Of a stretch of DNA of 64,000 nucleotides, positions 42,797-52,744 are shown one piece after another. The DNA lies in the NCBI GenBank assembly GCA_963754945.1, contig CAVWIG010000015.1, positions 48,078 through 112,077 on the forward strand, in the 5' to 3' direction. This DNA comes from Methanotrichaceae archaeon. GTDB taxonomy: Archaea; Halobacteriota; Methanosarcinia; Methanotrichales; Methanotrichaceae. A program made the translations under genes and the position numbers. Each line of letters begins with the position of its first letter. Positions within the stretch are counted from its first letter, which is position 1. The notes beneath the pieces are model-generated. The model made no database searches. It had not been told where the DNA came from and saw only the letters and a program-made list of their open reading frames with translations.

Positions 42797-42916
42797 TCAG
42801 TGGCAACAGTGGTGCTCATGGTGATGTTCTTCATCATGGCAATGCTCGTGAGAATGTTCCTCTCCAGAATCGTGCTTATGCTTGTGCTCGTGTTTATCGC
42901 TATTATGACAACACAT
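42797..42916 (-). CDS. 39-aa His/Cys-rich metal-binding peptide (Hpn-like)
   Basis: GGAGGT RBS upstream of ATG; MCCHNSDKHEHKHKHDSGEEHSHEHCHDEEHHHEHHCCH*. Below the ORF-track length cutoff. Confidence 0.85.
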   Translation of the reverse strand: MCCHNSDKHEHKHKHDSGEEHSHEHCHDEEHHHEHHCCH

Positions 42917-43122
42917 CTGTGTTACCTCCAGTTGAAACCTAAGTGCCGAAAGATTTTAAAATACTTGGATTCTATAATCTAAATACTTTTTGGAGGCTAA
43001 TGCTGTAATCTATACTACGATTAGGGATAACATGACTATCGGAGAAAAGCATAGATCAGGAATCGAAGGTAAGGCAATCTCAATGACACTTATTGTAGTC
43101 CTTTCGCGAGGTTGAGGAAATC

Positions 43123-44349
43123 ATGAAGGTCTGGAATGGATTCCGCAGAAGCGAGTCTTCAATCCGCAAAGTAGCTCTATATTCCCTGATTTTAAATATA
43201 TCTTTAGTAACTGCCAAGCTGGCCCTATCTGTGGTTACAGGGAGCCTAGCTCTGCGTGCGGATGCCATACACTCTTTGGTTGACGTCTTTGGGTCTCTAG
43301 CCCTAATAATGGGGTTGATCATATCTAGCTGGAAGAGCAATAGCTTCCCATACGGTTTTTACAAAGTGGAGAATCTAGTTTCGATTTTCATATCGTTTTT
43401 ACTTTTCCTGACGGCCTACGAGATAGTCCGGGAAGCATTGACTAAGGAGAGCCTGATAAATCCCTACGGCGGATGGGTTCTATTAGCGGTTGGTCTCATG
43501 ATCCCAGTCCCTCTTCTGTTCGGCCGTTTTGAGGCGGGGGTGGGAAAGATAGCGAATTCTCCGAGCCTGATTGCAGATGGCAGCCAGTTCAAAGTGGATG
43601 CCCTTACTGCATCCATAGTTCTTTTCGCTTTGCTTGGTCAGCGATTTGAGGTTCCTCTGGATAGAATCGCAGCATTAGTTATCGCTATTTTCGTGGTCAA
43701 GGCGGGTTGGGACATCCTAGTTAACGGGATGCGTGTACTCCTGGATGCATCTGTGGACGCTCAGACATTGGCGGAAATCCGAGCCGTAGTCGAGGCTGAA
43801 CCGACAGTTAGTGCTGTAAAAACGATCACAGCCCGCAACTCTGGACGGTATCTCTTCGTTGAGGTTAATGTGACGCTACGTATCTCAGACCTGAAGAGAG
43901 CGCACCAGGCAAGCGAGCTCATGGAGAAAAAGATACGAGATACAGTGCCCCACGTGGATCGGGTTCTAATACACTACGAACCCCAGATCAGGACAAAGAT
44001 TCGCTACGCTCTTCCCCTGGCCGATACCAATGGAGAGATCAGCATCCATTTCGGAGAGGCTCCTTTCTTTAGCCTGGTGGAGATAGATCTCCAACAGAAG
44101 ACCGTCTCTCGACGAGATGTGATGACCAACCCCTTCAGAGATCTGACCAAAGGTCGCGGTCTGAGGGTTGCCGAGTTTCTGCTCGGCCATAAGCCGGACG
44201 TGATCCTGACCCGAGAGAATCTCTCCGGAAAAGCTCCAGGATACGTTTTCGCTGAGGCAGGCGTGGAGATAGTACAAATAGAGACAGAATCGCTTGAAAA
44301 GCTAGTCGAAGATCTGCTAGCAGAAATTAAAAAGGATTCAACAACTTGA
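43123..44349 (+). CDS. Cation diffusion facilitator fused to NifB/NifX-like domain
   Basis: SLALRADAIHSLVD, FPYGFYKVE, dimerisation domain VLIHYEP, C-terminal HFGEAPFF. Confidence 0.92.
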   Translation: MKVWNGFRRSESSIRKVALYSLILNISLVTAKLALSVVTGSLALRADAIHSLVDVFGSLALIMGLIISSWKSNSFPYGFYKVENLVSIFISFLLFLTAYEIVREALTKESLINPYGGWVLLAVGLMIPVPLLFGRFEAGVGKIANSPSLIADGSQFKVDALTASIVLFALLGQRFEVPLDRIAALVIAIFVVKAGWDILVNGMRVLLDASVDAQTLAEIRAVVEAEPTVSAVKTITARNSGRYLFVEVNVTLRISDLKRAHQASELMEKKIRDTVPHVDRVLIHYEPQIRTKIRYALPLADTNGEISIHFGEAPFFSLVEIDLQQKTVSRRDVMTNPFRDLTKGRGLRVAEFLLGHKPDVILTRENLSGKAPGYVFAEAGVEIVQIETESLEKLVEDLLAEIKKDSTT

Positions 44350-44434
44350 TTAATCGTATTATTTATATATAATATTGACTGTAATACTGAAATCTGTTCT
44401 ACCTCATTCGGGGGGGATAAGGAATCTCGAAATC

Positions 44435-44481
44435 GAGTTAACCTTAAATATAAAGTCGCATATTAGCATAATTGTTCTAAG
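44435..44481 (+). promoter_or_regulatory. Conserved promoter/operator block, copy B (upstream of nifX-like pair)
   Basis: GAGTTAACCTTAAATATAAAGTCGCATATTAGCATAATTGTTCTAAG. Confidence 0.6.
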
Positions 44482-44498
44482 TGATATAGAGGCGTTCA

Positions 44499-44996
44499 AT
44501 GAAAATATGCGTTACTGCAGGGGCATCCGGCCTGGATGCTACATTTGATACCAGGTTCGGTCGCTCTCTCTTTTTTACAGTTATCGAGACTGATGAAATG
44601 ACTGTAGAATCAATTCCAAACTCCATGGCCGGATCCTCGCGTGGAGCAGGGATGTATGCTGCTCAGGCCGTAGCCGGGCTGGACGTGACTGCCCTGATTA
44701 CAGGAACTGTCGGTCCTAATGCTCTCCAGACGCTTACTGCTGCGGGCATTGACGTTTACCAGCAACTTGAAGGCACTGTCAGAGAGGCTGCAGAGCTATT
44801 CAAGCAAGGCAGGCTGCAAAAGATCACCTTTCCATCGGCACAACTCAGCCCAGGCATTTGTCGAGGCCAAATGGGGCAAGAGCCACAAGGCCGGGGAAGA
44901 TGTCGCGGAAGATGCCATGGTGGTCCTGGAACATGGCTGACCAGGTATCCGACAGAGGCCAGTGGGAGTGGAAGAAGCTGCAGATGTAGATGGTGA
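44499..44996 (+). CDS. NifB/NifX-family protein with Gly/Arg/Cys-rich tail
   Basis: MKICVTA, RFGRS, GAG, ITGTVGPNA. Confidence 0.88.
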   Translation: MKICVTAGASGLDATFDTRFGRSLFFTVIETDEMTVESIPNSMAGSSRGAGMYAAQAVAGLDVTALITGTVGPNALQTLTAAGIDVYQQLEGTVREAAELFKQGRLQKITFPSAQLSPGICRGQMGQEPQGRGRCRGRCHGGPGTWLTRYPTEASGSGRSCRCRW

Positions 44997-45000
44997 TAAG

Positions 45001-45360
45001 ATGAAGGTTTGTATACCCACAATGGGCAACGACGGGATGGAAGAGGCCGTTTCTCAGCACTTCGGACGGGCTCCTACCTTCACGATGGTGGATCTCGAAA
45101 CCAAAGAAGTGCAAATCCTGCCCAACAAGGGCGAACACATGGGTGGAAGTGTTCTGCCAACGGATACGCTCAAGGACCAGGGTGTTCAAGTCATGATCGT
45201 AGGCGGCCTGGGGCCCAAGGCGATCCAGGCCTTTGCTGAGCAGTGCGTGGAAGTTTTCGTCGGAGCGACGGGCACGGTCAAAGATGCGATAGAGGACTGG
45301 AGAGAGGGGCGGTTGACTAAGGCCAGATCTGATAACGCATGCAAGGAGCACAGGCATTAG
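45001..45360 (+). CDS. NifB/NifX-family protein
   Basis: MKVCIPT, HFGRAPTF, EHMGG, GGLGPKA, C-terminal ACKEHRH. Confidence 0.92.
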   Translation: MKVCIPTMGNDGMEEAVSQHFGRAPTFTMVDLETKEVQILPNKGEHMGGSVLPTDTLKDQGVQVMIVGGLGPKAIQAFAEQCVEVFVGATGTVKDAIEDWREGRLTKARSDNACKEHRH

Positions 45361-45613
45361 AAAAGAAGGCTTACACAATGGGCCTCTATTCCTATGTCAG
45401 CCCTGAATGACCCATGTCCTGCACTACCCACAAGGCGGAATATCATCGTTTGCATCAACATGGGCGAGAAGCCAGGTGTAGTAGGTGTGCATAGCTTTCC
45501 ATCAACCAAGATTAATGTTGATATTGCTTACAGCCTTCAAAATTTTGATATCGCCAGATCTAAATCTAAAAATGCCATATTAAAGGCTAGAAGCACAAAG
45601 GGGAGATGTTGAA

Positions 45614-46349
45614 ATGAGATACAACAATTTTTTGCTGTGTACGATAGTAATCTTTTGCCTTGCGTTTCAGGCATGCGCACAGTCAGACTATCTAAATGAA
45701 GGTTCCAGCAGCAACACAATGGGATCCAGCGGAGACTATCTTAGCCCTAACATGGGCCACGTGGTCAGCAGTACAAATCCTGATGAAGGGCTGAGTGGGA
45801 TGTTGCAGTGGCTCGATCAACCAGTCCCCAGCTACCCCTGGTACAGCCCGGTTGGCGGCACCTTCTATAGCCGAGGGTATAGCAGCACATCGTTCTCGCC
45901 ATTCAGAGAATATTATACAAGCTCTGGTGTGCCTGTAGAAGGCGGGATTATAAGCAATCCTGCCAAGTTCGATATAACTAAGAAAACGCCTTCCAGGATA
46001 TACTACGGCTCAGGTCAAGGGTTGCCATACACCCAGTATACATCCATAGCGCCATCCAAGACCAATGATCTCTGGATCCAGGGAGCGACAGATTGGTCCC
46101 AGTATGTAGTATGCCCACTCGGAACCTGGTTACAGCTTGTCGCCAATGTGCCCTCTGGAGGGCCTGCGGGCTTCTATGAGATGATTCAGACCGACACAAC
46201 CATTTCGAAGTACAAGACTTATCAGTTCAATCCGGGTTATAACACCATGAACTTCAATGCAGACCCAGGTTGGAAGACACATGCTTTACTTTGTCGTGAA
46301 CAACCAGCCCAGCAATGTGGTCATCGTGGATGTGTTTGCCCAGGCTTAA
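45614..46349 (+). pseudogene. Secreted Ser/Tyr-rich protein, +1 frameshift at ~46265 (CCC run)
   Basis: Signal peptide. Removing one C gives ...FNADQVGRHMLYFVVNNQPSNVVIVDVFAQA*. Confidence 0.7.
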
Positions 46350-46601
46350 CCAGGGTCAACGACGCCAGTACATACATTATCCTAGAGATATGCATACTGG
46401 CACAAAAATCTGAGATTGAATGGCAGGCGCATTTCGGCCATCAAGCCTCATGTGACCGACCGAAACGCAGTGCTACTGAAACATACTCATCGCAGGATAG
46501 GGCAACCCGTAGTGCCCGTGGAACCAAAACCGCTATCTTGCTCTCAGTGAGGCAAGTTTTGCGATGAAATGGGACGCCTGCCTTTCAGGTAGGGCAACTC
46601 A
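46350..46601 (+). mobile_element. Degenerate IS200/IS605 tnpB 3' end / right-end remnant
   Basis: Broken NILIAG..QPVVPVEPKPL..QVL.MKW-type tail; terminal hairpin CCTGCCT-TTC-AGGTAGG followed by GCAACTCA. Confidence 0.6.
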
Positions 46602-46687
46602 GGCTAAACTTAAATATATTGGAGACAACCTACGGCGAGGTGGATTATTAATGATGATAATCAAATGTCTTTGTCTTATCTTCACTA

Positions 46688-47899
46688 GTGTCGCGTCAAT
46701 ATTGAAGTGACATAAGGTTTAAGATATATTATCTTCATATCCAATGTGGGGTAATAGCAATGAAGAAATATATCGTAACGCTTACTGAGGACGAGCGCAA
46801 AGCTCTTAGCGACCTTACAGTCAAGGGAAAGCAAAAATCACAGAAGATCCTCAATGCATTAATATTGCTCGGTTGTGATGAAGGTGAGTACCAAACAGAG
46901 GGCTCGACGAATGAAGAAATAGCCCGTGTGCTCCATATAAGCATGAGAAAGATAGACCGTTTAAAAAAGCGATTTGTAGAGGGAGGTCTTGATTCAGCTC
47001 TTGAAAGAAGAACGGGAAACCGCATCTATGCCAAGAAGACCGATGGAGATTTTGAAGCCCATTTAGTTGCATTGAGTTGCAGCGAACCACCAGATGGTTT
47101 TGCGCGGTGGTCTTTGAGGCTGTTAGCCGATAAGGTCGTCGAGCTCAACTACATTGACAGCATTTCTCATGAAGCTGTGCGTCAAATTTTAAAAAAACGA
47201 GATCAAGCCATGGCAACGCAAAGGATGGGTAATTCCGCCAAATCAAAACGGTAGCTTCGTCGCAAATATGGAAAGGGTATTGGATGTTTATAAGCGTCCG
47301 TTTGATTCATATCATCCGGTTGTATGCATGGACGAATCTCCAAAGCAGCTGATATCCGAGACAAGAGTACCTATTGCAATATCTCCAGGGCGGGCTGCCA
47401 AACACGACTATGAATACAAACGCTGCGGCTTATCAAATATTTTCCTTGCATGCGAACCGTTGGCCGGGAAGCGTATGGTAAAGGTCACTGAAAGAAAAAC
47501 TGCGCTGGACTGGGCTTGCTTTATGGAAGATGTCGCCGCCCAATACGAACATGCAGAAAAGATAACATTGGTGATGGACAATCTCAACACACATAATGCA
47601 GGATCGTTTTATGAGAAGTTTACGCCAGATAAGGCAAAGGCGTTAATGGATAGGTTTGAATTTGTGTACACGCCGAAGCATGGCAGTTGGCTAAATATGG
47701 CTGAGATAGAGCTGAATGTCCTTACAGGGCAATGTCTGAATAGGCGAATCGATAAAATTGAAACTGTTAAGGATGAAGTAGCGGCATGGCAGGAGTTCAG
47801 AAATAATAAAAATGCAAAGGTAAATTGGCAATTTACTACAGCGGATGCAAGAGTTAAACTATCTAGGCTTTATCCGACACTAGATAGCTGACGCGACAC
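46688..47899 (+). mobile_element. IS630-family element, copy 2 (slightly diverged, inverted)
   Basis: Same TIRs and CTAG/TA target as copy 1, with scattered substitutions. Confidence 0.95.
46760..47891 (+). CDS. IS630 transposase (frameshift-joined ORFs)
   Basis: ORFs 46760-47254 and 47268-47891; A7 slippery run at ~47191-47197. Confidence 0.9.
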
Positions 47900-48501
47900 T
47901 AGTAGCACTTATCGACTAGCATCTCGAAGCAATCCATACAGATCACTTTTCCACATGCAGTCCTGCCTTTTATCTCCATGAAATTTTCTTTGCACTCTTC
48001 GCACTTTAGCGAAGGATAGATTCTGGCCTTCTCGGGCTCAGGTAGATTTACTGATTTTACTGATAACAGCTCATCGTCGCTGGCATTTAATATATGCTGA
48101 ATAAATGACTCTCTTAAGCCTTCAAGCTCTTTCTGGTCCGCACTGGTAAGCTGATTTTTCGACCGCTTTTTCTGTAGTTCACTAATGCGCTTTGGCATTT
48201 CACTCTTAAAGTAGATTCTGAGGGCCTTGCTGTCGCCTCTGCAATAAAAGGTGAAGACTTGCTTTCCATAGTCTTTGAAGATCAGGTTGCCCTTTCCGAA
48301 AGTACAACTGAGCATTCGTTGAATCGCATCAACGCTGCACGAGTTGTTCTCGACGATTGCAACAAGTTCTTCGTCTTCCGATTTATCACAGTGGCCCTTA
48401 ATGTATTTGGCCACTCTATAGCCGATAGCCAAACCAGGGCAAACGTGCCCATGAAATTCAACTACTTTATTAAACTCCTCATCCACATGCACCACTTCCA
48501 T
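47899..48501 (-). CDS. FmdE family protein with C-terminal Zn finger
   Basis: FHGHVCPGLAIG, ENNSCSVDAIQ, CTFGKGNL, CEEC..CMDC. Confidence 0.92.
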   Translation of the reverse strand: MEVVHVDEEFNKVVEFHGHVCPGLAIGYRVAKYIKGHCDKSEDEELVAIVENNSCSVDAIQRMLSCTFGKGNLIFKDYGKQVFTFYCRGDSKALRIYFKSEMPKRISELQKKRSKNQLTSADQKELEGLRESFIQHILNASDDELLSVKSVNLPEPEKARIYPSLKCEECKENFMEIKGRTACGKVICMDCFEMLVDKCY

Positions 48502-48719
48502 GAAGCTTCCACCATTATCAATCTAAATCGACGTTGTATACGCTTCACTTTGACACGTCACATCGAGGGTCATCTCTCTATCCAGTTCCTTGCTGGAGTA
48601 TGGGGTTGGAATGAATCATCATCTATCACCTTTCTAGGGTTGATTGGTAGTTGTCGCACTTTCCATACGTCTAGCTGGAGGCACGTACCTCTTGAGAAGG
48701 AGGGACAGACTTACCACTG

Positions 48720-49808
48720 TAGGACTTACGCACTTGGCAGAATCTTCTTATATTGCATATGCTATATTAATACCAACAAATAAATGGGATAGGGCTGAAC
48801 TTGAATCCTTCCAAGTGCGATGATCTTGATTATATTCACTTTCTGATAGCATCAGTAGATGTTTTTACCTGTACTGAGGCTGCAAGGTGCCAGCCAGTAG
48901 GAGAAAATAGTCCATCGCATGATGCATTTACCCGTCTTCTACAAAGACAGCCTCCAGATACGGATACGTTGTGGAATGAGGTAAAGGATATTGTTCAGCC
49001 TCAAAATGGTTTCTTGGTTATTGACGATACGACGTTGGACAAGCCATATGCTAAAAATATGAGCCTAGTCTATCATCAATGGAGTGGAAAACAGCATCGA
49101 TTGGTGAATGGAATCAATATTTGTACGTTGCTGTGGACAGATGGAAACGCTATAATTCCCGTTGATTTCCGAATCTACGATATAGATGTCGACGGCAAGA
49201 CAAAAAATGATCATTTTCGAGATATGCTTGCCAAAGCAAAAGAACGGCGTTTTCAGCCCTGTATTGTTCTCTTCGATAGCTGGTATGCCAGTGTAGATAA
49301 TCTCAAAACCATACGAAAGTCTGGATGGCACTGGCTGACCCGATTGAAGAAAAATAGGCTAGTGAATCCGAATAACACCAAAAATATGCAAATTCAGGAG
49401 ATAGAGATACCGCTGCAAGGCAGGGAAGTGCATTTAAAAGCTTATGGTTTTATAAAAGTATTCCGGATAGTCTCTAATGACGGTGACATAGGATACTGGG
49501 CAACTGACGTGCTGGAGATAGACGAAGCTAAACGCGAAAAATTTGGTGGATATTCCTGGAAGATTGAGGAATATCACAGAGGCATAAAGCAATTCTGTGG
49601 AGTCGAAAGCTGTCAAGCAAGAAAAAGTCAGTCCCAGAGAGCACACATAATGTTCTCCCTGAGAGCGTTTCTCAGATTAGAAGTAGAAAGGCTTAGAATA
49701 GGAATAAGTTGGTTCGAATCTAAGCGAAGAATTATTCGCGAGTCAATTCGCGAATATATAAAATATCCTTATTATTCATTGTCGAAAGATTCAACTGCGT
49801 AAGTCCTA
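48720..49808 (+). mobile_element. ISH3/IS701-like element
   Basis: TIR TAGGACTTACGCA / TGCGTAAGTCCTA; 5-bp TSD CACTG (48715-48719, 49809-49813). Confidence 0.95.
48801..49802 (+). CDS. IS701/ISH3-type transposase
   Basis: SHDAFTRLL, IDDTTLDKPY, LFDSWY, WKIEEYHRGIKQ. Confidence 0.93.
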   Translation: MNPSKCDDLDYIHFLIASVDVFTCTEAARCQPVGENSPSHDAFTRLLQRQPPDTDTLWNEVKDIVQPQNGFLVIDDTTLDKPYAKNMSLVYHQWSGKQHRLVNGINICTLLWTDGNAIIPVDFRIYDIDVDGKTKNDHFRDMLAKAKERRFQPCIVLFDSWYASVDNLKTIRKSGWHWLTRLKKNRLVNPNNTKNMQIQEIEIPLQGREVHLKAYGFIKVFRIVSNDGDIGYWATDVLEIDEAKREKFGGYSWKIEEYHRGIKQFCGVESCQARKSQSQRAHIMFSLRAFLRLEVERLRIGISWFESKRRIIRESIREYIKYPYYSLSKDSTA

Positions 49809-52357
49809 CACTGTAACAGAGCTCAACGCCATAGCCAGACCGGCCAGCTCGGGCCGAAATGTTATCCCGAAGAAGGGATACAGGGCACCGGCCGCCAGGG
49901 GGACTAGCACGGTGTTATAGGCGAAGGCCCAGAATATGTTCTGCTTTATCCTGGTTATGACCTTGCGGCTGAGCTGAATGGCCGAAACGGCATCAAGGAG
50001 GTTGTCTCTTATCAACACGATCTCGCCGGTCTCAATCGCTACATCAGTGCCGCTGCCTATTGCAATGCCAACATCCGCCTGGGCTAGTGCCGGGGCATCG
50101 TTGATCCCATCACCCACAAAGGCTATCGGCGTTCCCTCGGCCTGAATCCTCTTAATTTCTTTTGCCTTGTCCTCAGGCAGAACCTCCGCAAGGACATCAT
50201 CTATGCCCAGTTGAGCAGCCGCAACCGACGCGCTCTTGGAGTTGTCGCCGGTTATCATTATCACCCGTAGATTCATCCGCTTAAGTTCTGCAACCGCACC
50301 CGCGGCAGTATCCTTCAGCCTATCGGCGATGGCCAAAATCCCCGATATCTTGCCGTCCACGCTTACGAGGATTGCCGTCTTTCCCTGCACCTCGAATCCG
50401 GATGCTTTGGATAGAACGTCTTCTGGTAGCTCGATTCCCCTATCCTGGAAGATCATCCTGTTCCCGGCGATGATCTCTTTTCCAAGAACTTTGGCCACTA
50501 CGCCCTTTCCAGGAGTCGCATCGAACTCTTTTGCCTCCTCCATCTCTATGCCTTCGGCTTGGGCTTTCCTGACAACAGCCTCGGCAAGAGGGTGCTCAGA
50601 ACTCTTTTCGGCAGAAGCAGCAAGCCTTAAAAGCTCCTTTTCTTCCATTTCAAAGGAGACAACATCCGTGACATCCGGCCTTCCCACTGTGAGGGTTCCC
50701 GTCTTGTCGAAGGCGACAGCTTTTAGCTTGTCCGCAGCCTCTAGAGCTTCGCCGCTTTTTATGAGGATACCTAGCTCAGCACCTCTTCCTATTCCGACGG
50801 TGACGGCTGTAGGCGTGGCCAGGCCTAGGGCACAGGGACACGCTATTACTAACACGGATATCAGAGCTGTCAGGGAAAAGAGGAGCGTGTTTCTGGCTAT
50901 CAGGTACCAGTAGGCGAAAGAAAGAAAGGCGATAGTCAGAATTGTGGGAATAAAGTAAGTGACGGCCCTATCTGCGATACTCTGGATGGGCGGCCTGGAC
51001 CCCTGGGCAGCCTCGACGAGGGATACGATCTGAGCAAGGACAGTATCTCTGCCAACCTTTGTTGCTTTGAGTTTGATCATGCCGTTCTTGTTAAGAGTGC
51101 CCCCGACGACATTCTTACCCATCTCCTTTAAAACAGGTACGGGCTCGCCAGTGATCATGGACTCGTCGACATAGCTCGAACCGTCGATTACCATCCCGTC
51201 AACGGGAATCTTCTCGCCCGGTTTAACCAGGATGATGTCGTCCACCTGAACATTCTCAATTTGCGTTTCTATCTCCTGGCCATCCTCCAGGACCGTGGCG
51301 GTTCTTGGTTGCAGGCCCACCAATTTCTTGATGGCCTCAGAAGTCCGTCCCTTGGCGCCAGCCTCGAGATATCTGCCCAAAGTAAGAAAAGAGGCGAGCA
51401 TGACTGCAGTCTCGTAGAACATGAAGTCTGGAGTCAGCACTATCCTGAATGTCCCGAGAATGCTTGAGGCGTAAGCGACGCCTATTCCCATGGCGTACAT
51501 CACATCCATGTTCAGGTTCCTGTTCGAAAGAGAACGCAATGCGGCTCTGAATATGGGATAGCTGACATAAACAAAGACGGGTGCTGAGATGATGAGCATC
51601 AGATAGGTCATTGGAACGGCCATGAGCACATCCATGGGGATGACGCGATCCAGGGGCAGGTACATCAAACCCATCAGGAATAAGCTGGTCGCAAATCCGA
51701 TAATAATGCGACGACGTTTATCTGTCATGTCTTTGGCGCGTGCCTCTTTCTCGAGGTCCACGGCCGTCTCTTCTCCGGCCACGCCCAGATATTGATAGCC
51801 TGTGTCCTCGACGGCCTTTTTCATGTCTTGGATGGAGACCATTCCAGGGTTGTAGGTGACGTATGCCTTCTCTGCAGCGAGATTTACATTGACCTCCAAC
51901 ACTCCGTCCAGCTTTTTGAGGGCGATCTCCAGAGAACCGACGCACATGGCGCAGACCATACCGCCAATCTTCAGCACGACCTTCTCGTCTATTACGTCGT
52001 AGCCGGCATCCCTGATCGCCATCTCAAGGTCTCTGAGCTTCAGTTTTACTGGGTCGTACTCCACAGATGCGATCTCCGTCGCCAAATTGACCTTTGCCGC
52101 AGAGACTCCGTCCAGACTCCGAAGGGATTTCTCGATAGCGGAAGTACAGGCTGCACAAACCATTCCCGTAACCTTAAGCTCGGCCCTTTTTCCCTCGATC
52201 ATAACTAAGAATATTCTTATTGCTTGCCTTAATAATTCTTCTCTACAAAATTTCAAGGATACGACAAAAAAAAAACAACTCCTGCGACGTTCCTTAAGCC
52301 AAAAAACCGAAATAGTATCGTCCGGAAACAGATGTTAAGAAAGCGTCTTGAATAAGC

Positions 52358-52742
52358 CTACCACAGCACGAGATAAATCTTGTCGCCCTCTTTCTTCCCT
52401 TTCAGGAGCTGGCAGTGCCTAAGAATTACGAACTCGTTCTCCAGTTCACCTGGCGTGAGCACGAACTCCTTCGCCAGATCCTCCCTTGTGACCATACCTC
52501 TAGTCTTTATGAATTCGTAAATTCTCTTCTGAAGGTCGGTCAGGCCATCGGTTCCCGTCAGGCCATGGCTCTCCCTGAAAATCCTCTTGGACCGCTCCTC
52601 CCCAGGGGTCACAGACTCTGATCCTCTGGCCGGCCTCTATGTAGCAGTCTTCGCAGAGGGTTCTGCCCTCTGAGATGAAACAATTCTCTTCGGGCACATC
52701 GGTGCCGCACATCTGAAATTTAACAGCGCTTTCTTGAGCCAT
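52358..52742 (-). pseudogene. Zn-finger + wHTH hypothetical protein, frameshift at ~52598
   Basis: LCEDCY..VCDPWG joins ERSKRIF...LTDLQKRIYEFIK...LRHCQL after removing one G. Confidence 0.75.
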
Positions 52743-52744
52743 GT

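Larger units (their letters stand above)
48634..52202 (-). pseudogene. copA: Cu(I)-type P1B ATPase, last 26 aa separated by IS
   Basis: Two HMA CxxC domains, [27 protein letters not shown] removal restores SSVTVVSLSLLLKRYVPPARR...QP*. Confidence 0.92.

Noticed and set aside
42800-42982. 60-aa Met/Val-rich + strand ORF
   Set aside because: Antisense shadow of the His-rich peptide (CAT/CAC read as ATG/GTG). The RBS is on the - strand.
44356-44387. NikR-like operator GTATTA...TAATAC
   Set aside because: Spacer is 20 nt rather than ~16 and the region is very AT-rich, so it is plausibly chance.
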